The translations under genes were made by a program, and so were the position numbers. A DNA stretch of 64,000 nucleotides. Origin: Pseudogymnoascus verrucosus. Taxonomy: Eukaryota. The notes under the pieces were generated by a model, which worked only from the letters and a program-made list of their open reading frames with translations, searched no databases and was not told where the DNA came from. Where the stretch lies: assembly GCA_001662655.1 (NCBI GenBank), contig KV460240.1; one strand, written 5' to 3'. This document shows, in pieces, positions 25,547 through 36,761 of this stretch. Position 1 is the stretch's first letter. The number at the start of each line of letters is the position of its first letter.

Positions 25547-25662
25547 CTGCTGGTCACCACCCGGTGATACCAGCTGTTGACCACACACCTCAATTTTCTG
25601 CTGCAAGGTGCCACCACGCGTAAGTAAACCACCGCGCGACTACGTAAAAATAACATGGCGCT
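25547..25662 (+). repeat. Dispersed repeat copy B (direct orientation, internal 33 bp inverted relative to copy A)
   Basis: Shares ctgctggtcaccacccggtgatacca and gtaagtaaaccac...taacatggcgct with copy A. Confidence 0.9.
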
Positions 25663-26217
25663 GCTACGAGGTATACATACTGCAACTCCTGTCCTTCTTA
25701 CTCTCCTTTGCTCATTCCTCGTTAGCCTTTACGTCTCATTCCACTTCACCCCTTCTGCCTCACCTAGGACTACTTGATCTGTGCACCGCAGCCAAGGTTC
25801 ATGCCACGCCCATGTAAGAGCCCCATTAGTATTTCGAGTCCCCTAGCTTAACTAGTGCAAAAATTGAAGCACTTTTATTATTTTTCAGTTTAGAATAGCT
25901 CCGTTTGGTCTAAATGAATATACCTAGGAAACATATATTCACTATGCTAGCGGGGCTCTTAACCATACTCTTGCTGGTTAGTTACTACACATACACCTAT
26001 CATGACGGTAAGCACTAAAGACCGTTCTCCTAATTAATCGCGCTAACCGTGGTCTTGAGGGCTGACTCTAAAATCCTATTAACAAGGCTCTCTACTATTG
26101 CAACCATTCCCCTCAAAGATCTGGCAAAGTTGGAAAGACGACTCTGAACCCGAGAGGACAGCCGGCTTCCCGCACGAGGGAGATCCGCCACGCTGCAACG
26201 CACGCAGCCACCCCAAA

Positions 26218-26250
26218 ACCACCACCACCACCACCACCACCACCACCACC
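26218..26250 (+). repeat. (ACC)11 microsatellite
   Basis: Direct reading of the sequence. Confidence 0.95.
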
Positions 26251-26616
26251 AAACGAACAAACAACGAAAGAGAAAAAAATGTTCGACTTTGTACAACAAC
26301 AACATCCTTTCAAATCCCCTTCCCATATTTCCCATCCCTAGATGCCAAATGCCAATTGCAAATTCCCCCCTTATGCTCCATTAATGACGTTAAAAAACAT
26401 ATATAAAAAAAGGTGGGTGTAGAGTTTGTAAGAAGAAGGTAAAAAAGGCCTCAAGCTCCTCATTCGCAAAAAGATTATTAAACGCCGCGTCTCTCTTCGT
26501 TCTCCTCTTTCTGTCCTCGAGCGTAATCGTACTAATAACACGTCCGTCGTCCCCGTTGCTTTTTTGGCGAAACCACCACGCTGGCACACACCTCAGCCGT
26601 CGACATCATCCACGAC

Positions 26617-27888
26617 TTAGAAATTCTGCGAAATCCCCGCACTAGCCTGCGTAGGAAAGTGCGACGGGTTCTCGATCCTCGTCGCCCTCCTCGCCAGATT
26701 ATCCCTAATAACCGGCTGTCCCTGCGCCTCTACAGGGCCCCCACGACCTCCATAAGCCTGATCCGCATACGGCCCATCATTCGAGTAGTACTGCGCGGCA
26801 CCATACGCGCCACCGGGGACAGCCTGCTCATCCGAGCCATCAGACGCGTGACCCGCGCTATACGAGGACGACGCGTTGGAAACACCGCGGTGGATGTCTC
26901 CGCCCCTGTTCCCGGCGGCGGATGGACCCATTGCGCCGAGCTGCTCGACCTCATCAGAGTGCGGGCGTCCGTTGCCTACGAGGGCGTTATCAGAGCGCGT
27001 CTCTGAGACGGGGGCTTGCGATTGTGCGCCCTCGGAGTACGCGCCTGCAGCGCCGCCAGACATAGTCGTCGACGCCTTGCGGCCAGACGTATTAGTCGTA
27101 GTTCCCCATCCACGATATCCCGATTCCTCTTCGTGATGGGCTCCGTTGTCAGTCGAGGCAGCGCCGCCGACCATGCCGATGGCGGGGAGGGTGGGGTCGT
27201 TGTTAGGGTTGTAGCCGTACTCCTCTACCTCCTTTCTGCGCAGCTCCTCGGCGTCCTTGCGTTGCTTGCGGCGGCGCCAGAACCAGAGCGCGAGGAGGGC
27301 GATCAGGGCTACGGCCACGATGGGGACGACGACTGCGACGGCGGTGCGCCCGGCTCCGGTGAGTCCATGGCTGCCGCCGCTGTTATTGCCGGAGTTCCCG
27401 TCGTTGAGAGAGGGGTCGGAGCTGGTCGTGGATGGTGGCCCGGTGGTTGTGCCGCTGGTGGGGGTTGTTGGCGCTGCGGTCGTGGAGCGGGTGATGGTTG
27501 TTTTTGAGGGTCCGTTGTTGCCGCCGCCGGTATTGTCTGTTGATGTCGGTGGAGTAGAGGAGGGAGGTTCTTGGCTTGATGTAGGGTTGTCGGACGTGGT
27601 TGTAGGGGGGGGTTCCGACGTGCTAGTCGGCGGCTCGTTGGTTGTTGTCGTGGGAGGAGGAGCCACCGAGGACGTAGGAAGGTCAGTGGTGGTCTGCGAG
27701 GTAGGAGGGGGGACCGGTTCCGTCGGCGTCGTCACTGGAGGAGCAGATGTGTCAGCAGTTGAAGTTGGTGGTTCAACATTTGACGTTGGGTTTGGTGTTC
27801 CCGGATCTGTCGGGTCCATACTGGTATTATTGGAAGTCATGGCGAAGCGTCGCTCAAAGGTGAGCCGTCGACGAGGTGGTCTATACAT
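26617..27888 (-). CDS. Ser/Thr/Pro-rich single-pass membrane protein (cell-wall-sensor-like architecture)
   Basis: 423-aa ORF with an S/T/P-rich ectodomain, TM AVAVVVPIVAVALIALLALWFW, basic stop-transfer RRRKQRK and cytoplasmic EEYGYNPNNDPTLP. The true start may be 27841. Confidence 0.8.
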   Translation of the reverse strand: MYRPPRRRLTFERRFAMTSNNTSMDPTDPGTPNPTSNVEPPTSTADTSAPPVTTPTEPVPPPTSQTTTDLPTSSVAPPPTTTTNEPPTSTSEPPPTTTSDNPTSSQEPPSSTPPTSTDNTGGGNNGPSKTTITRSTTAAPTTPTSGTTTGPPSTTSSDPSLNDGNSGNNSGGSHGLTGAGRTAVAVVVPIVAVALIALLALWFWRRRKQRKDAEELRRKEVEEYGYNPNNDPTLPAIGMVGGAASTDNGAHHEEESGYRGWGTTTNTSGRKASTTMSGGAAGAYSEGAQSQAPVSETRSDNALVGNGRPHSDEVEQLGAMGPSAAGNRGGDIHRGVSNASSSYSAGHASDGSDEQAVPGGAYGAAQYYSNDGPYADQAYGGRGGPVEAQGQPVIRDNLARRATRIENPSHFPTQASAGISQNF

Positions 27889-29814
27889 GGTAACATTAGC
27901 ACCTGCGAGTGAAGTAGGAATCTAGCAAACTAGGAAGGCATCTCTCACCTTTAGCTGAAAGAGGTCTCCAGAACCCTCGGTCGCGGCCAAATGGATTTGC
28001 AGCAGCGATCTGGTCAACGATGAGGATTCAGTGGTGATGGATGAATGTAGGCGCGGTCCACTCAGGAGGGCGTTGGGAATGGCGCGTAAACGTAAAAGAG
28101 AGAGATGCGGTGCGAGCAAAGGCGCGACAGGAGAGAGGCTGGTCTGATTGTCTCGCTTCTTCTCGAGTGTGAGACCCAAAAGAGTTTTGGGATGAGACAG
28201 ACGCGGCTCAATGGGGACAGTAGTGGACAGTCCGTCGCACACAGATGCCCTATCCCTTCTGTGTAGGCTCTTGGGTTTAGGTCTTCCGTTAGGTCTTCCG
28301 TTAGGTCTCTCCCTTAGCACTTAGCACTGGTGGGTTAGTAGCCAAAGCAGGAAAATATGGAAGCTTGGAAGAGCGGTTGGTTGCACTACTACTGGGCAAG
28401 CAAGCAGGATTGGGTGGACGGAGAGGTGGTTTGTGGAAGGCTGGTGAGGAGAGAGGGCTCGTAAGACACGGGCCGGCGTGGTTTTTCCAAGGAGGAGGGC
28501 GGGTACTTGGGGGGGGGTGGTGAGTTATTGATGGGGGCGGTGCGATGTCTGGGCTGTTGGCAGGAAACAGTTGGCTGTGGATGAATGCTACGCGGACAAG
28601 GAGTACGAGGTTTACGCTGCAGAGTACGCGGTACGAGGCAGGTACCTCGTGTCAGACCTTGGAACGGCGCCAAAAATGCCTAGGTTAGCAGAGGTCCACA
28701 AGGTACCACGTTCAGGGCGAAGCTAGAGAACTGTTAGACCGTTAGAAGAGGAGTAACTAGACCGAAGAAGAAGAAGAAAGTTGAAACTTTTTCTGTTTGG
28801 CTCAATTCAATCGTTCCATGTTGGCGTCAATGGGTGTTAGCTGATGATGTTGAAACAATTACAGAAGCGGCGTATGATATGGCCCGTTCACATGTATTGG
28901 TATTGGATTACATACAAAACTGGCGGCTGGGGATGGAGAGAGGAGCTGAGATGATGTCTCTCCTTCCTGCTGTGTACAGTACAATACAACCCCGTATTCC
29001 CTCCCCATATAGTGCAGACGCAGATGCAGAGTAACATAGCAATCTTACCATACAGCAGCAAAAAACGGTTAGCCTAGCAACCAATGCGATCAATCTTCTT
29101 GCAATATAAAAATCCCCCGATCCAATCTTACCTTACAGCCCAAATAAACCTACTATACACAGCCCATACCGCATCATATCCCACACACACCAAGCTCAGA
29201 CAATTACTCCATCATCATCATCCCACACACATCCAAGCTCAGCCACCTCACCTCACCCACCACCCAACTCGGCCCTACAGCCCAATCTGTCCCCCTTACC
29301 ACCCAACTTAGACCGACCCAATCCTCTCTTACCCCCATCTTACCATATCTCACATCCCACAGTCCCAAAAAAGTCCGGCTCCCAAATAGTCCGAAACCAA
29401 TCCAACCACCAACTCCGACTCCATCACATCGCCTAGCCATGACGGGATAACTGCTGATCCGGCAGTGCAAATCCCAACCGAGCCCGCCCACACGCGAGCG
29501 GAATACGAGAATAGCCCTCTCCGCCACCCTGTGCCGTTGTCGTGTGAGCGATCGTGTGGCGTTGGCAGATGTGGCGTCGGCTTGCCATGGTAAATTAGTT
29601 CAGCTCATTCAGCCAGTATATCGGTTCTCAGTATTCAAGTAGCAATCCCAGCCCAACGGTGACAAGTATGATCATTCCTGTTGGGGGAATCAACAGCGCC
29701 TGTTGATGAGCCCTGACCATCCTGTACAACCCCATACCAGCGTCATTTTAAGGATCGCTCCTTCCTTCACTACTCATAGACCTCAATACCCCTCATCACC
29801 CCAATCAATAACCA

Positions 29815-29888
29815 GGTCGCTTAGCTCAGTTGGTTAGAGCGTGGTGCTAATAACGCCAAGGTCGCGAGTTCGACCCTCGTAGTGACCA
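29815..29888 (+). tRNA. tRNA-Ile(AAT)
   Basis: GGTCGCTTAGCTCAGTTGGTTAGAGC...CTAATAA...GTTCGACC...GTGACCA cloverleaf, 74 nt. Confidence 0.96.
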
Positions 29889-30599
29889 AACATCACAAAT
29901 TCATTCTTTTGCCATTTGTACCGATTATTTTTTGGCCCATTCCACCTTCTTCTCAATACCCCCTCCGCCAGGTAGATCCAGTCTAGACAAGAGTCTACGG
30001 TGTAGCTGATGCGAGTGCGAGAGGGGATCCATCTTTCGCTCAGACGTGGAGACCCCGAGGATTCCCCGTTTGGCAAAAACGGCAGTCGATGAGTGGGCTC
30101 TTGACATGTGAACCACGTGAAATGGACGCACACCCGTTCTAGAGAACGTTAAACGAAAACGGCTTTTCTCTTTATTATTGGCTCCGTTTTCAGTCCGTTT
30201 CTGTTGGTGAAACGAGGATCGGCTGGTTAGTTTGTGGCCTGGACTTGAGGTGTTGATTTTATGACCCTTTCTTTTTGGTCCTCCCTGATCTGATCCAAGA
30301 GAAGGGGCTAAAAAGGGAGTAGAGCTGTGCCCAGAACATGTGATATCTATCACGCACAAAAAAGCTGTTTGTATTCAATGCCACTCCCCGGGGGTATCAC
30401 ACTGTAGCCTGATATTCCTTCGATATCATATCACCGTAACCCTCCAAACCCCCCATTCCTCTGTATCTCCCTCTATGCTCTCCTCCTCCGCCCCATCCCA
30501 TGCATTCACCGCACCCTCTAGCCCTTCCCTCACCACCACCACGAGCAAAAATCCAACCTCCATCCCCTCGCCCTCAAAAACAGCAAAAGTATGAAATAC

Positions 30600-30673
30600 T
30601 GGTCACTACGAGGGTCGAACTCGCGACCTTGGCGTTATTAGCACCACGCTCTAACCAACTGAGCTAAGCGACC
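30600..30673 (-). tRNA. tRNA-Ile(AAT), identical copy 2
   Basis: Exact reverse complement of 29815-29888. Confidence 0.96.
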
Positions 30674-30911
30674 GTGTTTGGTTATTTGATATGCTCCTCG
30701 ATCCCCAAAGCGGCCTTTGAACCCCCTCCTCTCCCTCTCATCTGTCCAAAAAAAAGGTTGTGTGTGCCCCACCACTGGCGGCGGCGTCGGCCGAAAAAAA
30801 AGTCAACCACAACACCCCCACCACCGTCGTCATCGGGAATATAGTCGGCCCGGTAAGGGATAATGGAGGGGGTGTGTGGACGAGGAAAACGGCAAAAATA
30901 TATGACATATT

Positions 30912-30985
30912 TGGTCACTACGAGGGTCGAACTCGCGACCTTGGCGTTATTAGCACCACGCTCTAACCAACTGAGCTAAGCGACC
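30912..30985 (-). tRNA. tRNA-Ile(AAT), identical copy 3
   Basis: Exact reverse complement of 29815-29888. Confidence 0.96.
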
Positions 30986-31059
30986 TGGTTATTGATACCG
31001 GTTCTTGCATATAGGACTTGATCAGATGTGTTGGTGTTGCTCTCGGCCACACCAGGCTT

Positions 31060-31533
31060 TCTTAGAGACGGGTATACCAAAGGCAACCTCCTACAAGACT
31101 GGACTATCAAACTAACTTCTAACGGATGGACGAACAATCAAACTGGCTTGGAATGGATTAAACGCTTCGAAAGCACATTCGAGGTCATAGAAAGAGCATT
31201 TACCGTATTCTACTACTCGAAGGGCATGAAAGTCACTAATCTGCCGAATTAATTCGAAACTTTCTGCAAAGAAAACAATATCAATACCCTCTCCTTCGCA
31301 CCACATCACTAAAACCAGGTTCCTCCTTGCATTTAAAGTTGCACACTTTACTATTGTGACTAAGGACAACGTTAAAAGAAGCTTTAGAAGGGCAAGCTTA
31401 GTTATTTTTAATCCTGAGGTAGGCATATCAAAGTTAGATGTTAAACTACGCACTCCGACACCTATAAGACCGCCTCCTTCAACACACGACTATCATACTA
31501 GTGGAAAGTAGCCCGCTCGGTGATGAACCACGT
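31060..31533 (+). mobile_element. Truncated, internally deleted pogo/Fot1 (Tc1-mariner) DNA transposon remnant
   Basis: DDE_1-type fragments WTIKLTSNGWTNNQTGLEWIKRF, FCKENNI and FNPEVGISKLDVKLRTPTP. The right end reads ...CGCTCGGTGATGAACCACGT followed by TA, typical of a Fot1/Pot terminus with a TA target. No left end found. Confidence 0.8.
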
Positions 31534-31709
31534 TATGCTTTGTGTAACTAAGTCCTTTATAACTATATACTTATAGTCTTACTAACTCTAATAACGAAAG
31601 GCTTCTATTCATAGGATATAAGACGTTAAATAGCTAAACACAACTACAGGTCTTGCGTTTATTCTATTACTACTATCGTGCTACACCACTGATACAAAAA
31701 TTAAGATAA

Positions 31710-33149
31710 TCACGCTGATGCTACTATTTTGCCTTTACAAGCGCCAAATCCAACATGTCCCAGCCCGCTCTTGCCTTGCACTTGTGCCTTAAATTCTATG
31801 GTGTCGCCGTCCTCTAGGAACGCCCGGCTGATATTCTGTTTCCCTGAAAACTGTGCTTTCATCTCATAGGGATCGATGCCATTTCGCGTTGCTTCTAGAA
31901 AGCACCCAAGCTCTCCTCGAGTTGGTCCGGATAGTGTACCTGTGGCAATAAGATCCCCTGGTCGCATTGGGCACCCGCCTACTGTATGATGCGCTAGCAT
32001 TTGAGCAAAGGAGAAGACCACGTGCTTCGTATTACATTCCGTCACCGAATATGTTCCAGAGTCATCTATGTGACATTAGCTTAATGACGTGTTTCGACGG
32101 CAACTGAGAGACTGACTTTCTAGCGACACTCGAATCGGGATATCATATACCGACTGCTTTTCGTCTTGGTTCAGATAGGGAAGCTGTGGATCTTTCCAGG
32201 CATAAGTTGAGCATGTCATACCAAATGAAGAGCATAGAGTACTAACCGGCTGTTAAAGGCGTGGTTCGGAATGGTTCTAGAGCTTCCAAGGTCACAATCC
32301 ACGGTGAAATAGTGGTGCAGAAGTTCTTCCCATTGAAAGGCCCAAGCGGCGTGGACTCCCACTGCTGGATGTCTCTTGCTGACCAGTCGTTCATCAGAAC
32401 AACGCCAAAGATATGGTCTTCTGCCTCATTAACATCAATGCGGCTTCCCATCTTGTTGCCGCGCCCAATGAATGCAGCAAACTCAACTTCAAAATCGAGT
32501 TTCTGGCAAAGACTTTCGGTAGGGATTCCATTTAGGACAATTTGGCCTCTTGGTCGATGAACAGGCGTGCCTGAAATGACAACTGACGATGCCCGACCAT
32601 GATAGCCGACAGGCAGACTCGAAAAGTTTGGCGGGAGTCCCATTCCAGGCCGAAAGATGTCACAGCACTAGCCAACTACGTTAGCAATAGCCATGGCATC
32701 AAGGACGATCATCAGCCAGGATTGCCACATACATTTTGAGCATGATACAGGCCGACGAAGAAGTCGGTGTAATCACCTATGTGCATCGGCATGTGCATTT
32801 TTGCTCTAGACAACGGGACAAGAACTCTGTCCCTCCGATCTCGATGATCGCGCAAGACTGGGCCAAGCAGAGTACTTTCACTTAAGATATCTTGCATCAA
32901 TTTTCTTACATCATGATGAACACTCTTTCTTAAACTTGCGTACGCATTGATCGTCGGCTCTTCGAGCGTCGAGCTGTCGAAATCGATTGCAGCAAAGACC
33001 TTTTCCTGGGCTAGAGCTTTGAGATCCAGTACATAATCCCCAATTGCCACACCAATTCGCTGGTCCAGGTCATCAGTGCTGAAGACGCCATATGGAAGGT
33101 TCTGTAACGAAAAATCGGAGCCATCTTCAATTGGAATCCACGAGGCCAT
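31710..33149 (-). CDS. Fumarylacetoacetase (FAH)-family hydrolase, 4 exons (33149-32733, 32667-32247, 32191-32117, 32065-31710)
   Basis: [75 protein letters not shown] and [11 protein letters not shown]. Confidence 0.93.
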
Positions 33150-33659
33150 CGTTTTGCGTTATATTTAAACTATAATAGTTTAAATATTTGTTGTCGGGGC
33201 TACAGATTTGCTTTGTCTATACACAATTCAATAAAGAGACATACCTTTCAAGAGATTAAATATGAAAATACTCAACGCCTCTGCAATCCTATCTGCCGAT
33301 GTATCAGGCTAGGAGGCGGGCCATTAATTAGTTTTCCGATTCGGAAAATAGGTTCGGCCCTGGTAAGATCCTGGGTTATTTTCCGGACAGACTAGCGGGC
33401 CTTGTGATTCCCTCACCACACGGTCTGTTTCGGGTTGGGGAGAAGTCCTCCTGTCGAAGCTCCTAAGTATGACAGGTTCTCTGATTCACATCTCTTTTCT
33501 TGGACGGACAATCACGTGTAACATAGTGATTCAATGTTCCCCATTTTCCGAGCGCACTGTTGTGAAGTTTTACCTTAAGTAAGATCCCAAATCCGGGGTC
33601 CCCAGAAACCCCACAGTTCTAGAGTTGTCACTAAGCCGAATACAAAGCATATACAAGGC

Positions 33660-35487
33660 ATGGAATCTAAGATTGATACTCAACCAGCCGTTCGACATGA
33701 GGAGAACGCGGGGCTCGAAAAGCATCAACTAGCTCATGGCATAGTCGATGCTGCACATTTGTTCCAGGGAATGCACGTCGATCCCGAGAGGAGTTTATCA
33801 TTGCTAACGTATTGCTAGAGGATAACAGTGGTAAGGTGACTGGCCGGCTTCTGCTTCCAAGACCTACAGATAACCCCAAAGATCCGTTGGTAAGTCTCGC
33901 TTCATTGATATAACTTGAATAGACCAAAGTCGACTAAAAAGATACAGACGTGGAGTTTGTGGAGGAAGCATCTTTGCCTCGTCACTATCTGCTACTTCGT
34001 CTTTATGTCGAACTACATCACGGCCTCCATCTCACCGATTCTTCTCCCAATTCTGCTAGACTTCAAAATTACCCTGACTAAGGCAAGCTACCTCATCACG
34101 TTCAACATCCTTTTCCTAGGGATAGGAAATATATTTTGGATTCCTCTCTCGCTGAAAATAGGGAAGCGCCCCGTTCTTATCCTAAGTTCTGCCGTCTTCT
34201 TTGCTTCAAGCATTTGGTCTGCTCGTGCTCAATCTTGGGGATCATTGTTTGCGGCACGAATTATTCAGGGGTTCGGAGCTAGTTCATCAGAGGCTCTGGG
34301 TCCAGCCATTGTGGCAGACCTCTACTTCCTTCATGAGAGAGGAGCTAAGGTTGGGTTTTACACTTTCATGATTGCCAGTGGAAGTGCTCTTGGTGGCGTC
34401 TTCTCTGGTCTTGTTGCAAATGCAAACCCGGATTGGCGATGGGTCTTTTGGATGAACGTCATATTGACAGGAGTTTGCTTTCTGGCTACTGTCCTTTTTC
34501 AAGCGGAGACAAACTTCGAACGACCGCCTGAATATGAGACCGGCGAGGGCTTAGAAGCGTCCCAATTGCCAGACATCCGGGCTCGATCGAATGCGAGCTG
34601 GGCAAAGTCACTCAGTGTGACATCATGGTACGACAGGTATGCAGCTTTATTCCCGTGCTTATCTTGCTGTGTAGGGCACTGATCAATCTCAGGCAAACCT
34701 CAATATGGCGGCTTTGGTGGAGGCCTTTTCTGACGCTCCAATATCCTGCTGTCGTTTGGGGATCTGTTACTTATGGTGTGACTTTAGGTTGGGTTGTCTT
34801 CCAACAAACAGCCAATGCATCAGCTTTCCCCCAACTTTATGGATTCAGTAAACTTGCCCTCGGCAACGTCAACATTGCGGTGAGTTTCTTTGGGAGAGGT
34901 GCACACTCCTATGCTAACTATGTGTAGAATCTAATCGGCTCAATCGTGGGATGTCTTGTTGGAGGCCCCCTGAGCGACTACCTGGTCGGTATCATCTCAA
35001 AGCGTCGTGGTGGCTATTTCAAACCCGAGTTCCGCTTGTGGTGTCTTATACCATCTTTCCTATTTGGACCTATTGGCCTAATGCTCTGGGGTGGTGGGCT
35101 TGGGGATCATTTACCGGCTATGGTCGCAATTGCAGGTTCTGGAATCACCTACGGGGTGCTTTGTGCTGTTCCAACTGTTGCGATGACCTACGTCGTTGAT
35201 TCCTATCGGCCGCTGGCTGGAGAAACAATGACAATCCTTACGGCTTTCAAGAACACCTTTGCTTTCGGGTTAAGTTTTGCTGTAGTTCCATGGCTGGAAA
35301 AGGATGGATTCGTTAAGGTAAGTTCGTTCTTACATGCTTCTCGCATGCGTAAAGAGCTTTGCTGACAAGTCTTGGAAAGGTCTCTGGGTGGATGGTCTTG
35401 ATCGAGGGACTCATATTTCTCACCGCCATCCCGATGTATATATACGGTGAAAGGGTCCAACGATGGACAAGCAAATTTGAAGTATAA
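33660..35487 (+). CDS. Major facilitator superfamily transporter, multi-exon
   Basis: LLPRPTDNPKDPL/TWSLWRK, KIGKRPV, ADLYFLHERG, WRWVFW, GGPLSD and KPEFRL motifs; many TM helices; stop TAA 35485-35487. Confidence 0.88.
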
Positions 35488-36315
35488 GAATCAGCAAGGT
35501 TTGGATGAAGCTGTCCGGCATCTATTTCTGGGTGGCAAGGAAGTAGCGACTGTCCGGAAACTATTTAGCAGAGCAATATTATACCGGATGAGGTCAATTG
35601 TTAAAGGAACCTCGGAAAAGTTATCTTTAAAGGCCGTGTAGATAACTCAACTGCTTCCTGAGGCCCTTGTCTAAGAAACTAGTAACATTCTTCGTAATAT
35701 CTTGTCGGTATGCCATATGAGAGCAAAAACACCGAGAATATTAATATTTTAAACATTTGAGTGCCTGCGATAACTTTAATGATGAGTGATTAAGTGGTTG
35801 TGGTGGGAATGCGTAGTATCCTGTTGCAATCATAAGAACTACCAGGGTACTAGGTGGGCGGCTGAAATTGTAGTTGACTTACACGATACTCTGATTCCTT
35901 CGTTACGGCATCGAGATTTAAGTAACTCATTTGATTTTGCGCAGTAGAAAATCAGATCAATCTATGCGCAGAAAATACTTCATCGTAAGTATTTCCTTGA
36001 TTTTGCCAGACCGCGGTTCTCGAGCTGACCGTCTGTACTTTGTTCTCTCGTGTTCACGATACAACACGAGCGAGCAAGTTCTTAGATTTTAGTTTGAATT
36101 TCATATTTCATCCCTACCGGCCAGTCTGCCAATTCACCTCCTCATCAGATCTGCCAGCACCTTATCTCGTATGTCCGGCCCCTCCTCCTATCATTCTGCC
36201 ATCCCACTTCCCAACGTCAACGAACGCTCGTGAGTAAAAAATAAGTCACATCCATCTTTCCAACGACCGCCGTTCGTTGACCAGGCCAAAAAAAAAGAAG
36301 ATAAAAAAACAAAAA

Positions 36316-36434
36316 ACATACAACAGTGGGTATTCGCTGGTGGTCACCCACCCAACTACTAATCCACCGATCTCAAGCTTGTGTATGGCAGAGCGGACGG
36401 GATGCCCAATTCTCTTGAGTCTATGGTCGTATGT
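36316..36434 (-). rRNA. Dispersed 5S rRNA gene
   Basis: Minus strand reads ACATACGACCATAG...CATCCCGTCCGCTCTGCC...TTAGTAGTTGGGTGGGTGACCACCAGCGAATAC...TGTTGTATGT (119 nt). Downstream poly-T terminator and an upstream TATA near -25. Confidence 0.95.
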
Positions 36435-36761
36435 ATTAGTTCTTGACGCACGGGGGTATATATACCAAATAAGGAGGAGATTTTTGGCGGCCCTCACTGG
36501 TGAGATCATTTGGGACGTGTTGCTGCTTTGAATCGGGATATCATGGGACACGGGGTCGGGATATTACCCCACGGGACACGGGGTCGGGTTATTACCCCGC
36601 AGATTTCCCCGCTGTGTGTCGTTGAACTTACGGCACCCCTTAGTCCTGCCGTTGAACCCCTAGAACTCCTTAATAAAGAGAGGAGGGGGCGACAAGAATA
36701 TGCTCAAGTCAGACTGCCTCCATCTCTATTGTCTTCGGAAATCCCTTTAAAATTCGACAAA

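Noticed and set aside
26030..26406. Poly-W/V/T/G ORFs, and the many antisense ORFs over real genes elsewhere
   Set aside because: Artefacts of the (ACC)n microsatellite and of GC-rich codon usage.
36510..36761. 84-aa N-terminal extension of the amidohydrolase in the ORF track
   Set aside because: Begins at a TTG and runs through promoter repeats; the family-like sequence starts at ATG 36762.
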